A DNA stretch of 21,347 nucleotides from Bdellovibrionia bacterium (GTDB lineage Bacteria; Bdellovibrionota; UBA1018): the NCBI GenBank assembly GCA_045805065.1, contig JBJMMA010000178.1, positions 1 to 21,347 on the forward strand, written 5' to 3'. The translations under genes were made by a program, and so were the position numbers. The notes under the pieces are model-generated. The model worked only from the letters and a program-made list of their open reading frames with translations, was not told the origin of the DNA and ran no database searches. Positions 11,989-19,973 of this stretch are shown here, one piece after another; positions within the stretch are counted from its first letter, which is position 1, and the number at the start of each line of letters is the position of its first letter.

Positions 11989-12525
11989 ATTTTAAATCGG
12001 CAATGAAAGTAAGGGATTTCTTGTTTCGCAACTGGGTCTGACTGCTGCCCATAGAGATCGAACTCGCTCTCGGAGCTATCGCGCCAGGTCCAAAACACAG
12101 TCTGATCACTTTGCGTCGATATCTGTTGTGCCGGCACGAATACGTCATTCGCAAAAGAGCCTTGATAGCGAAGATCCAGAGCCAAGGCCCAAGGTCTAAG
12201 CGAGGAAGAGCTTGCAATCAGCCAGCTCGAGGGACCAGGAATGCCTTTTCGATACACTAAAATGGTACGGGCGTTAGCCTGATCGTTCATATGCGCTAAG
12301 CAAACTTTCTCGACCGGTCCTGTGGTATTTGGGTCGTTATCGCCTCTACACTCTTGCGTGCAGTGTTCTGGAACCGGAACAGTCACCGCTAGAGAGGGTA
12401 GAGTTATCAGAACTAAAGTATAGATGAACGACTTCATATCTTTGTCTCCGAATGCGTGGTTCTGCTCGCGAAAACCACGCGCGACTCTTTAATAGCTGAA
12501 TGCAGATTTAACTGTGAGCATTAAC
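11974..12525. repeat. Diverged direct repeat, copy 1 (CDS plus ~90 bp upstream)
   Basis: Aligns with 13393-13948 from CCTG(T/C)CAGTCAGTGAA through GTGAGCATTAAC. Confidence 0.88.
11982..12437 (-). CDS. Small secreted hypothetical protein, paralogue A (4 Cys)
   Basis: Signal peptide [23 protein letters not shown]. About 69% identical (hand count 106/153) to 13401-13862. Confidence 0.85.
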
Positions 12526-12598
12526 TGCTCCTCGTTTGCGTCTGAGCGGCACTTAAGCTGCCTTCTTAATGACCTGCATTTATGGCGACCCTGACACA

Positions 12599-12628
12599 TT
12601 GCATGCTCCAGAGACTTTGCCCTACACT
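12599..12628 (+). promoter_or_regulatory. Candidate sigma70 promoter for the DUF1080-like gene
   Basis: TTGCAT-N18-TACACT, followed by SD GGAGG (12643-12647) and GTG at 12653. Confidence 0.4.
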
Positions 12629-12652
12629 GTTATGAAAGGACTGGAGGGCCAT

Positions 12653-13384
12653 GTGAGAGTCTTGATCGCCGCACTTGTTCTATGTTGCGGCTTCTCAATG
12701 AACGATGCTTCGGCAGCGAAAATTGGAAAGGGGAGACCAAGCCCAAGCCCAAGTCCAAGCCCAACCTCGAGCTCGACTTTCTCAGATAATTTCTCAAGCT
12801 ATGCAAAAGGTGTCTGCTACTCCGATGGCCAGAGCTTTGGGCCGTGGCTTTCTCAATATGGTGGCTATGGATGCAACTCAGTCGTTACTGTAAGTTCGGG
12901 ATCGGCGCTTTCCGAGCAGCCTCAAGCTTCGACCTCGGCGGGTGAAACCCACGCATCCCTCGCTCTTGGCTGGAACGTGAATGGAAACTTTACCTACAAT
13001 GTCTCCGTGCAGACCGTTAAGCAACTTCGAACGGGCAGTGCGCCAAATCCTTGGGAAGTTGCCTGGGTTCTTTGGCACTATACGGATGACAATCACTTCT
13101 ACTACTTCATTCCGAAGCCTAATGGATGGGAACTGGGGAAAGAAGATCCCGCATATCCGGGTGCTCAGCGGTTCCTGGCAGATGCTTCAAGCCCCACCTT
13201 TCCAGTGGGACAGCAATACCAAGTGCAGATCACTCAGAGCGCCAATACGATCACTGTTTGGGTGAATGGCGTGAAGATCGTGTCCTACACAGACACTCAA
13301 TCGCCTTATAGCTCTGGAAGGGTCGGTCTCTACAATGAGGACTCTCACGTTTTGTTTCAAAATGTGAAACTTAACCAGAACTGA
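12653..13384 (+). CDS. Secreted beta-sandwich protein, DUF1080/concanavalin-like, with Pro-Ser linker
   Basis: GTG start with GGAGG, signal peptide (ASA|A), PSPSPSPSPT linker, FSDNF, PNPWEVAWVLWHYTD, ITVWVNG, SSGRVGLYNEDSHVLFQNV. Confidence 0.75.
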   Translation: MRVLIAALVLCCGFSMNDASAAKIGKGRPSPSPSPSPTSSSTFSDNFSSYAKGVCYSDGQSFGPWLSQYGGYGCNSVVTVSSGSALSEQPQASTSAGETHASLALGWNVNGNFTYNVSVQTVKQLRTGSAPNPWEVAWVLWHYTDDNHFYYFIPKPNGWELGKEDPAYPGAQRFLADASSPTFPVGQQYQVQITQSANTITVWVNGVKIVSYTDTQSPYSSGRVGLYNEDSHVLFQNVKLNQN

Positions 13385-13392
13385 GAGTGATT

Positions 13393-13948
13393 CCTGCCAG
13401 TCAGTGAACCTTGAATTCGCAATGGAAGTAAGGAATTTCCTGCTTTGCAACCGGATCTGACTGCTGCCCATGGAGATCGAACTCGCTCCCAGGATCAGTG
13501 CGCCAAGTCCAATATATGGTGTGATTATTTGGAGAGTAGGTCTCTTGCGCGGGCACGAAAGTGTCATTCACGTAAGAGCCTTGATAGCCAAGGTCGAGAG
13601 CTAATACCCAAGGTCTGAGTTCAAAAGACTGAGTGATCAGCCAACTGGAAGGACCAGCGATGCCTTTTCGATAAACTAGAATGGCACGGACGTCAGCCTG
13701 ATCGCTCATATGCGCTAAACAGACTTTCTCAACCTGCCCAGTGGTATCCGGAGATTCAGTCCCTCTACATTGTTGGGTACAGCGTTCGGGGATCGGAACA
13801 TGAACTGCTGCTGCGAAAGAAGGCAGAGTTATTAAGCTGAGAAAATAGATAAAAAGTCTCATGTCTTTATCTCCGAATAGCGGTTCGATTAACGGAAACC
13901 TCGGGCGAATCTTTATAGCTAAATGCTGATATAGCCGTGAGCATTAAC
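13393..13948. repeat. Diverged direct repeat, copy 2
   Basis: Aligns with 11974-12525, including the non-coding upstream part. Confidence 0.88.
13401..13862 (-). CDS. Small secreted hypothetical protein, paralogue B (4 Cys)
   Basis: Signal peptide MRLFIYFLSLITLPSFAAA, SD GGAG. Paralogue of 11982-12437. Confidence 0.85.
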   Translation of the reverse strand: MRLFIYFLSLITLPSFAAAVHVPIPERCTQQCRGTESPDTTGQVEKVCLAHMSDQADVRAILVYRKGIAGPSSWLITQSFELRPWVLALDLGYQGSYVNDTFVPAQETYSPNNHTIYWTWRTDPGSEFDLHGQQSDPVAKQEIPYFHCEFKVH

Positions 13949-14057
13949 CACGAACGTCAACTGAGGAGCGGGGACGCGAGCTTCGATACCGCCAAAAACT
14001 CGGCAAGTCGTGAATATTACAAAATATTCCTGAGCTATTAAAAATTGTTAAACACAC

Positions 14058-14085
14058 TCAATGTTTGACTCATTGTGTCCGATGA
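14058..14085 (+). promoter_or_regulatory. Candidate sigma28 (FliA) promoter
   Basis: TCAA-N16-TCCGATGA against the consensus TAAA-N15/16-GCCGATAA. Confidence 0.4.
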
Positions 14086-14094
14086 GACATTGCT

Positions 14095-14991
14095 ATGGGT
14101 GCTTTACGAGCAAAGGCTAAGAATCAGGGACCGGATTACAGCGAGCTTCTGGCGAAGCTTCAGGACATCCGTACGCTTCCTGTTGTCGCGATGAAGGTCA
14201 ATGACCTCATCAACGACCCTAATTCGTCGAGCTCCGATATTGCCGAGGTTTTAAAGAAGGACCAGGTTCTCACGGCAAAGATTCTGCGCCTGGTGAACTC
14301 TTCTTATTACGCGATCCCCGGGGGAGTGACCGATGTTCAGCGCGCGCTGGCCTTTTTAGGTTTCAATACGCTGGCGCAACTGGTCCTGGGACTTTCAGTC
14401 TATTCGATTTTCAGTGCCTCAGATCATGAGGATTTCTCGATGCCTGAGTTCTGGCGTCATGCCCTGGCGACAGCGGTTTGCAGCGAGATCCTCGCTAAGA
14501 GGCTCAAGTTGCCAAAGCCGGAAGAAGCATTTACCTGCGGCCTTCTGCATGACGTGGGCAAGCTGGTTCTGAACGAGATCGACTCAGATCGCCTGAAGCA
14601 GATCGTGACCGAAACCAGGAAGCGGGGATGCTCTTTTGTTGAAGTCGAGCGCGAGCTCGATATGCCAGGCCACTCCTTTATTGGCGAAGTGATCGCATCC
14701 AAGTGGGGCTTGCCTCAAAGCATTCGCCTGGCCATCCGTTACCATCATTTTGATGTTTCAAAAATGGATAGCATCCTGTCCTCGCAAAAGCCGATGATCC
14801 AAGTGGTCAGGCTTGCCAATTCAATTTGTGTAAAAAATCAGCACGGAAAGTCCGGCGATTGCTCTCCAGGCACGATCACGCTCGACATGATCGCACCGCT
14901 CAAGCTCAGGATGGAAGACATCCCAAGCATTGAAGAGCAGTTGAAAGTCGATATGGAAAAAGCAGGAGCGTTTTTGAATGTCTACCGCTAG
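14095..14991 (+). CDS. HDOD domain signalling protein
   Basis: TLPVVA, DQVLTAKILRLVNSSYY, ALAFLG, FWRHALATA, AFTCGLLHDVGKLVL, IASKWGLP, AIRYHH. Confidence 0.95.
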   Translation: MGALRAKAKNQGPDYSELLAKLQDIRTLPVVAMKVNDLINDPNSSSSDIAEVLKKDQVLTAKILRLVNSSYYAIPGGVTDVQRALAFLGFNTLAQLVLGLSVYSIFSASDHEDFSMPEFWRHALATAVCSEILAKRLKLPKPEEAFTCGLLHDVGKLVLNEIDSDRLKQIVTETRKRGCSFVEVERELDMPGHSFIGEVIASKWGLPQSIRLAIRYHHFDVSKMDSILSSQKPMIQVVRLANSICVKNQHGKSGDCSPGTITLDMIAPLKLRMEDIPSIEEQLKVDMEKAGAFLNVYR

Positions 14992-16216
14992 CGCCAAAGT
15001 CAGAAGGCTGAAAGCGGTGGAGGAAGCTCCGCAGCTGGATGCTGACAAATATCAAACCCTGTTTGAACAGGCCTCCGATGCCATTCTCACCGTGAAAATG
15101 GATGGAGTGATTGATGCTGCCAATGAGGCAGTCGAAAACCTTACGGGCTATTTGAAGACCGAGCTTGTCGGATCATCGATTGATCTTCTGGTTCCTGCTC
15201 CTAAGCTTCACGACCTGCCTCAACGTATTCGAGCTATCTCACGCGACATGCTTCTCACGCCTGGCACTTACGAAGACGTCGTTGTCCTTCGCAAGGATGG
15301 CTACACGCAGTTTGTCGACTTTACGGTCCGAAAAGTGGCGCAGGGGAAGTCATTCTTTATTTTGGCCATGTTCCGTGACGTGACTGAAAAGAAGCGCATG
15401 GAGCGAGAGCTCATCACCAAGCACACCGAGATGCTTGAGGCTTACCGTCAGCTTGAGCGAAAGAACGCTGAGCTTCAGGCCATGCAGGAAACGCTTGTTC
15501 AATCCGGAAAGCTTGCCGCGCTCGGTGAGCTTGCCGCAGGTATCGCTCATGAGCTCAATCAGCCACTTACGGGAATCCGGGGCTACGCCCAGGAACTTCA
15601 AGAGCTCGCGTTGCCTGCGTTGAAGGGATCCAACGTTGAGAATGAGAGTACGGCCTGTTTGCGTGAGATTGTATCTAACGTCGATAAGATGGCAGCCATC
15701 ATCGGCTATCTCCGAAGCTTTGTCCGTAAATCGACCGAGAGCTACGAGTTCACGCAAGTGCATCACGCGATTGAGGAGGCATTGAAAATGCTCTCTCGCC
15801 AGTTCGCCTCGCGTGGCATTCGCGTGGAGCGCGACTTTGACTCAAATCTTCCCGAAGTTTTTGCAAACCCGCTTCAGCTTGAGCAGGTTTTCATCAACCT
15901 GGCCACCAATGCGCGTGACGCGATTGAGGCGACCGGCCGCGGCTCCGGCACGATCTGGATCTCGACCCGGGTGAACGGCGAGATGATCGAGGTATCGTTC
16001 CGCGATGATGGAGCGGGAATGAGCGAGAAGACTAAGTCCAAGGTCTTTAATCCCTTCTTTACGACCAAAGAAGTAGGCAAGGGGATGGGGCTTGGCATGA
16101 GTTTAAGTTACGGAATTCTGTCCAAACTACAGGCTTCCATTGTTGTGGAGAGCGAGCTCGGCAAGGGTGCCGCGTTCTTGATCCGAATACCGAAAGACTT
16201 CAGGGATTTAGCATAA
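14978..16216 (+). CDS. Cytoplasmic PAS sensor histidine kinase (NtrB-like)
   Basis: PAS (LFEQASDAI...DVTEKKRME), KLAALGELAAGIAHELNQPL, QVFINLATNARDA, DDGAGM, FNPFFTTK, GMGLGM. Confidence 0.95.
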   Translation: MSTASAKVRRLKAVEEAPQLDADKYQTLFEQASDAILTVKMDGVIDAANEAVENLTGYLKTELVGSSIDLLVPAPKLHDLPQRIRAISRDMLLTPGTYEDVVVLRKDGYTQFVDFTVRKVAQGKSFFILAMFRDVTEKKRMERELITKHTEMLEAYRQLERKNAELQAMQETLVQSGKLAALGELAAGIAHELNQPLTGIRGYAQELQELALPALKGSNVENESTACLREIVSNVDKMAAIIGYLRSFVRKSTESYEFTQVHHAIEEALKMLSRQFASRGIRVERDFDSNLPEVFANPLQLEQVFINLATNARDAIEATGRGSGTIWISTRVNGEMIEVSFRDDGAGMSEKTKSKVFNPFFTTKEVGKGMGLGMSLSYGILSKLQASIVVESELGKGAAFLIRIPKDFRDLA

Positions 16217-16264
16217 TTTCACGGAAAATTGAAAAAGACCGATAGAGAGAGAAGGGAGACCGAT

Positions 16265-17797
16265 ATGAAAACACGTATCATGATCGTCGATGACGAGGAA
16301 ACGATTCGCAAGCTTCTCAAGGGACGCTTGGATCGTGAAGGTTATGATGTCACGACGGCATCGAATGCGGACGAGGCTCAGCAAGCGATTGAGCGCGGCG
16401 GCGAAGTCGCTGTGATGATCACTGACCTCAAGATGCCTGGTAAAGACGGCTTTGCTTTGACGGAAGCCGTGAAAGGCAAATACAGCCGCACCAAGGTGAT
16501 CGTGATCACCGGTCATGGCGAGAAGGAAGCTGCTGTTAAAGCACTCCGTATCGGCGCTTCGGACTATCTTGAAAAGCCATTCGATATGGATGAGCTCGTC
16601 CATGCTGTGAAGCGCGGTGTCCGCGAGCATCAGCTGGAGAAAGAAAACGGAGACCTCGTTGCTCGCCTTGAAGCTCGCGTGGAGCGCATCGAAGGCAAGT
16701 CCGAGGATTCGGTTTGGTACGTCTCCAAATCCGCTTCCATGAGCAAGGTCAATGAATGGCTCCAAGTACTTCGTCGCGAAGCAATGCGTGGCGAAGCAGA
16801 AGAGCCAAGCGTTCTCATCTTGGGTGAGAGCGGTACCGGTAAAGAAGGAATTGCCCGCATGGTGCACGCTGGTTCACGCCGCGGAAAAGGCCCATGGGTT
16901 GCTGTCAACTGCGCAAACTTCAATGAGCAGCTTCTTGAGAGCGAGCTCTTTGGACATGAGCGCGGCGCCTTCACGGGAGCAAACGCTCTCAAGCGCGGTC
17001 TTTTTGAACTCGCCAAGGGTGGTACGCTTTTCCTCGATGAGATCGGCGAAATGGATGTAAAGCTTCAGGCCAAGCTCCTTCGTGTTCTTCAGGAAAAGGT
17101 TTTCCGCCGCGTCGGTGGAACTCAGGACATCGAAACCGAAGTTCGCGTGATTGCGGCAACCAACCGCAACCTTCAAGCGAAGACTTCCGATGGCTCTTTC
17201 CGCGAAGATCTCTATCATCGCTTGAGCCGCGTGGTCGTTGAGATTCCAAGCCTGCATGAGCGCCATGAAGACATCGTTCCAATGAGTCTTCAGTTTGCTC
17301 AACGCGCTTTCCAATCTCGTGGCAAGAAGTTCCCAGGCTTCACTCAAGAAGCTGAAGAAGGCTTGCGCGGATACAACTGGCCAGGCAACGTTCGTGAGCT
17401 TCTCAACGTGATTGAGCGCACGGCTTTGATCTGGGACGGCAGCGGTCAGATTCCTCTGAGCACGCTTTCGATTCCATCTCACGGTGGCAGCACCGGAGGC
17501 GATCGTCCGAAGCTTAAGCTTGTTCCTGAAGACACCAAGTTTGAAGGAGCAGTCGAAAGCTACACCGAGCTCAAGAAGCGTTGGTGCGATAGCTTCGAGC
17601 TTGAGTATCTGGTCACGACGCTTCGTCGTCACGGCGGAAACGTCTCTGCAGCAGCTCGCGATGCGAAGCTGGATCGCAGCAATTTCCTCCGTCTGCTTCG
17701 TAAGCATAACTTGAAGGCACAAGAGTATCGTAAGCCTGGTTCGACAAGCGACGTCGATACCGATCACGACGATCAAGGTGGCCAACAGGCAGCTTAA
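16265..17797 (+). CDS. Sigma54-dependent response regulator (NtrC family: REC, AAA+, Fis HTH)
   Basis: IMIVDDE, ITDLKMP, Walker [15 protein letters not shown], Walker [30 protein letters not shown] 16265 follows an AGGGAG SD. Confidence 0.96.
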   Translation: MKTRIMIVDDEETIRKLLKGRLDREGYDVTTASNADEAQQAIERGGEVAVMITDLKMPGKDGFALTEAVKGKYSRTKVIVITGHGEKEAAVKALRIGASDYLEKPFDMDELVHAVKRGVREHQLEKENGDLVARLEARVERIEGKSEDSVWYVSKSASMSKVNEWLQVLRREAMRGEAEEPSVLILGESGTGKEGIARMVHAGSRRGKGPWVAVNCANFNEQLLESELFGHERGAFTGANALKRGLFELAKGGTLFLDEIGEMDVKLQAKLLRVLQEKVFRRVGGTQDIETEVRVIAATNRNLQAKTSDGSFREDLYHRLSRVVVEIPSLHERHEDIVPMSLQFAQRAFQSRGKKFPGFTQEAEEGLRGYNWPGNVRELLNVIERTALIWDGSGQIPLSTLSIPSHGGSTGGDRPKLKLVPEDTKFEGAVESYTELKKRWCDSFELEYLVTTLRRHGGNVSAAARDAKLDRSNFLRLLRKHNLKAQEYRKPGSTSDVDTDHDDQGGQQAA

Positions 17798-17826
17798 TGA
17801 GTTTGCGCTTAATTGCGTAAAAAAAG

Positions 17827-17864
17827 AAAAGGGCGATCCCAATCGAGCAGGGATCGCCCTTTTT
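17827..17864. terminator. Bidirectional intrinsic terminator
   Basis: AAAA-GGGCGATCCC-9 nt loop-GGGATCGCCC-TTTTT between convergent genes. Confidence 0.9.
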
Positions 17865-17918
17865 ATTATATGCGCCCGACAGGGCGCTTTCTTCAACAAG
17901 TTGAAGCTAGTTAGACTT

Positions 17919-19847
17919 TTACTTCAGGGCGTTTGTAAAGTCGTCTGAAGACAAGTATCCTCCCGAGTCTTTCATCTTTCTCGCGATAGAAATGAGTCGC
18001 TCTACTTGAGAATCGTTCGTAACATCCCTACAAAATAGAAATGTTTCAAATCGGGTTGGGTCATTCAATTGGTGGGATTCGAGAATTTTGTACATGCAGT
18101 TGAATGACTCGCTCCGAGTTAATTGAAGAACTCCGTGAAGAGCGTAGTCCTTGTCCCCCTTGGGCTCTATAGCAATCTTTTTTGCCAGGGCGATCTGAGT
18201 TTCGGTCGGGGAAAATCTGCAAAAGTCTTGAAGATACCATCTAACGGTTTTGAGGTCAGGATTGTTTTCGCACATCTCTCTGGCACGCTCGTACTTGTGC
18301 TTCTTGTAAGCGTCAACCCCGACAAAGGTGGCGCCTCCAATAAGTGGCGAGAAGGCGACAGTAGTTTCTAAAGGAGCAACCCGAAATGTTCTCACCCAAA
18401 CATTTTGCATCACCGCTTCGCGTACGCAGCTGCTCAGTGAAAAGCGCGGGACTGCTTGACGCACTTTCAGTTTTGATCCGTTGAACCAACGGACCCCATG
18501 ATTCACCGGCAGGCGGAAAAAATCTCTTCCTTCGGTCGCGGTAGGATCCACGTCAAAAACAAGAGTCGTGCCCGAATTGTTGGTTTGGAAGCTGTCAACA
18601 TTCGCTCCGCGCTGAGTGTAAAAGCCCGCACCCCAAGTCGCCGTTTCGCCGCGAGTGCCAGGCCTAGAAATAAAGGCTCTCGGGCGTCCATCGTATCGCC
18701 AAGAGATCAATCGACGCGCAATCGGATCCGTTTTATGAGCCACGGTTTTAAGTTTCAGATCGTTTGCAGTTGGCCCAGTTGCCAGTCCTTTGCGTTGTTG
18801 CGAGCTTGGATCCAGTGATAGAGGTGCTTTGTTTAGCCAGAGAGAGAGGTCCGTAATTCCCAGAGTCTGCAGTTTTTTATCGAGGCCGATTTCTTTCAAG
18901 ACTTGAAGAGCGGCTTCGGGATCATAGGCATGACTGACAAGTCGTTTGGCGCGGTTTTGTAACCAATTGTAAGCATAAGTTCCTGGCCAGATCGAACGCG
19001 GATCGAAAGACTGAACAATCTCGCGAATGCGTTGAAACTGATCGGCTGGGATCTTGCGATCAAATTGAAATGCTTTGATCAAAGTGCGGATCGCTCCGAT
19101 GATTTCTGGATTTTCACCTGTCCTAGCTCTTTGCGTTTGGCTGTGGCTAGGGGATTCAAGAAACGTGATCGAATCACTTGCGAGATCTCTCAAAAAAACC
19201 GATTCACCCTCCAGCTTTGCGACATGCTGGGCCTCTTGAATGACGGAAGCTCCCTCTGACGGTTGGGTTAGCTCAATCAGTCCGATCGAAAGAGAATCGT
19301 TGTTTTGGCGTGCAAAGTCCGGATTGCCCTCGACCGCGATGTGTTTTCCATCGGTCGTTTTGAGCCCGATCACATCCCATCGACTGATGCCGCCGATTCT
19401 GCGCGGGATTTTTTTGTCTAGCCAAGCTTTAAAGTCTCTCAAGTCTTGCAGACCCTCGGCAGAACCATCGGATCGAGTGACGACGAGATCCAAGTCCTGC
19501 TCTGGCAATGCGATGTTGTAAATCACGTTTGCTAGGCGATCGCGCGAGATGACTTCCTTTCCCTGCGCTGAAAGAAGCTGATGCTTTACGAAGTCTCCGT
19601 AGGATGCTGCGAGCCCTCCTGATATAAAGACACGAAGGCCTCTTTTTTTTGCTTCTTTCGCGATTCGCTTGAACTCAGGAACCAAAGTTCGACGCTCGGT
19701 GATGGCTTGTTTGAGATCAGTCGGATCGACTGGTTCGCTCATCGCTTGAAAGGGAAGAATGAATGCGGCGATGCTAAGAGAAAACGAGAGTAACCTGAGG
19801 CGAGAAGCTCGATCGTAGAGTTTGAGGCGAGACGAGTTCATACTCAT
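17919..19847 (-). CDS. Secreted hypothetical protein: putative class II nucleotidyltransferase-like domain plus ADP-ribosyltransferase-like domain
   Basis: 642-aa ORF with a signal peptide (QAMS|E), VFISGG (aa 73-78), DLDLVV (118-123), and HKT...GAGFYT (371-411). The CDS is very likely real. Domain calls are by eye. Confidence 0.6.
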   Translation of the reverse strand: MSMNSSRLKLYDRASRLRLLSFSLSIAAFILPFQAMSEPVDPTDLKQAITERRTLVPEFKRIAKEAKKRGLRVFISGGLAASYGDFVKHQLLSAQGKEVISRDRLANVIYNIALPEQDLDLVVTRSDGSAEGLQDLRDFKAWLDKKIPRRIGGISRWDVIGLKTTDGKHIAVEGNPDFARQNNDSLSIGLIELTQPSEGASVIQEAQHVAKLEGESVFLRDLASDSITFLESPSHSQTQRARTGENPEIIGAIRTLIKAFQFDRKIPADQFQRIREIVQSFDPRSIWPGTYAYNWLQNRAKRLVSHAYDPEAALQVLKEIGLDKKLQTLGITDLSLWLNKAPLSLDPSSQQRKGLATGPTANDLKLKTVAHKTDPIARRLISWRYDGRPRAFISRPGTRGETATWGAGFYTQRGANVDSFQTNNSGTTLVFDVDPTATEGRDFFRLPVNHGVRWFNGSKLKVRQAVPRFSLSSCVREAVMQNVWVRTFRVAPLETTVAFSPLIGGATFVGVDAYKKHKYERAREMCENNPDLKTVRWYLQDFCRFSPTETQIALAKKIAIEPKGDKDYALHGVLQLTRSESFNCMYKILESHQLNDPTRFETFLFCRDVTNDSQVERLISIARKMKDSGGYLSSDDFTNALK

Positions 19848-19880
19848 AGATTCTATCCTACTAAGAATAGAACTCTATGA
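19844..19880 (-). promoter_or_regulatory. Hairpin covering the SD and start codon of the 642-aa gene
   Basis: mRNA sense UCAUAGA-G-UUCUAUUCU-uagu-AGGAUAGAA-UCUAUGA: 16 bp with one G-U pair and one bulge. Confidence 0.6.
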
Positions 19881-19910
19881 CGTAAAACCCGTCAAAATAT
19901 TAGCACGTAC

Positions 19911-19954
19911 CAAAGATTGTCGTTTATGAGACTCAGCTCATAAACGACTCTTTG
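19911..19954. terminator. Hairpin downstream of signal peptidase I, probable terminator
   Basis: CAAAGA-tt-GTCGTTTATGAG-actcag-CTCATAAACGAC-TCTTTG, a perfect 12-bp core stem ~20 bp after the stop. The U tail is weak. Confidence 0.6.
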
Positions 19955-19973
19955 AATGATAATTTCTGTTTAA

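Noticed and set aside
12438..12530. c-di-GMP or other known riboswitch in the paralogue leaders
   Set aside because: No GEMM hallmarks (GNRA tetraloop/receptor, GCAAA...GGGACGCAAAGCC) were found by eye. An Rfam scan would settle it.
12736..12765. CCAAGC hexamer repeat as a phase-variation tract
   Set aside because: In-frame, imperfect, and encodes a Pro-Ser linker, so slippage would not shift the frame.
17871..17890. TGCGCCCGACAGG resembling a tRNA 3'-end or att remnant
   Set aside because: It lacks the following TTCGAACC and is better explained as a small GCGCCC-gaca-GGGCGC hairpin beside the terminator.
16874..17899. 341-aa minus-strand ORF, and similar ORFs at 16208-16867, 7554-8144 and 6879-7424
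   Set aside because: Antisense to well-conserved genes with biased codon usage, and no recognisable motifs.
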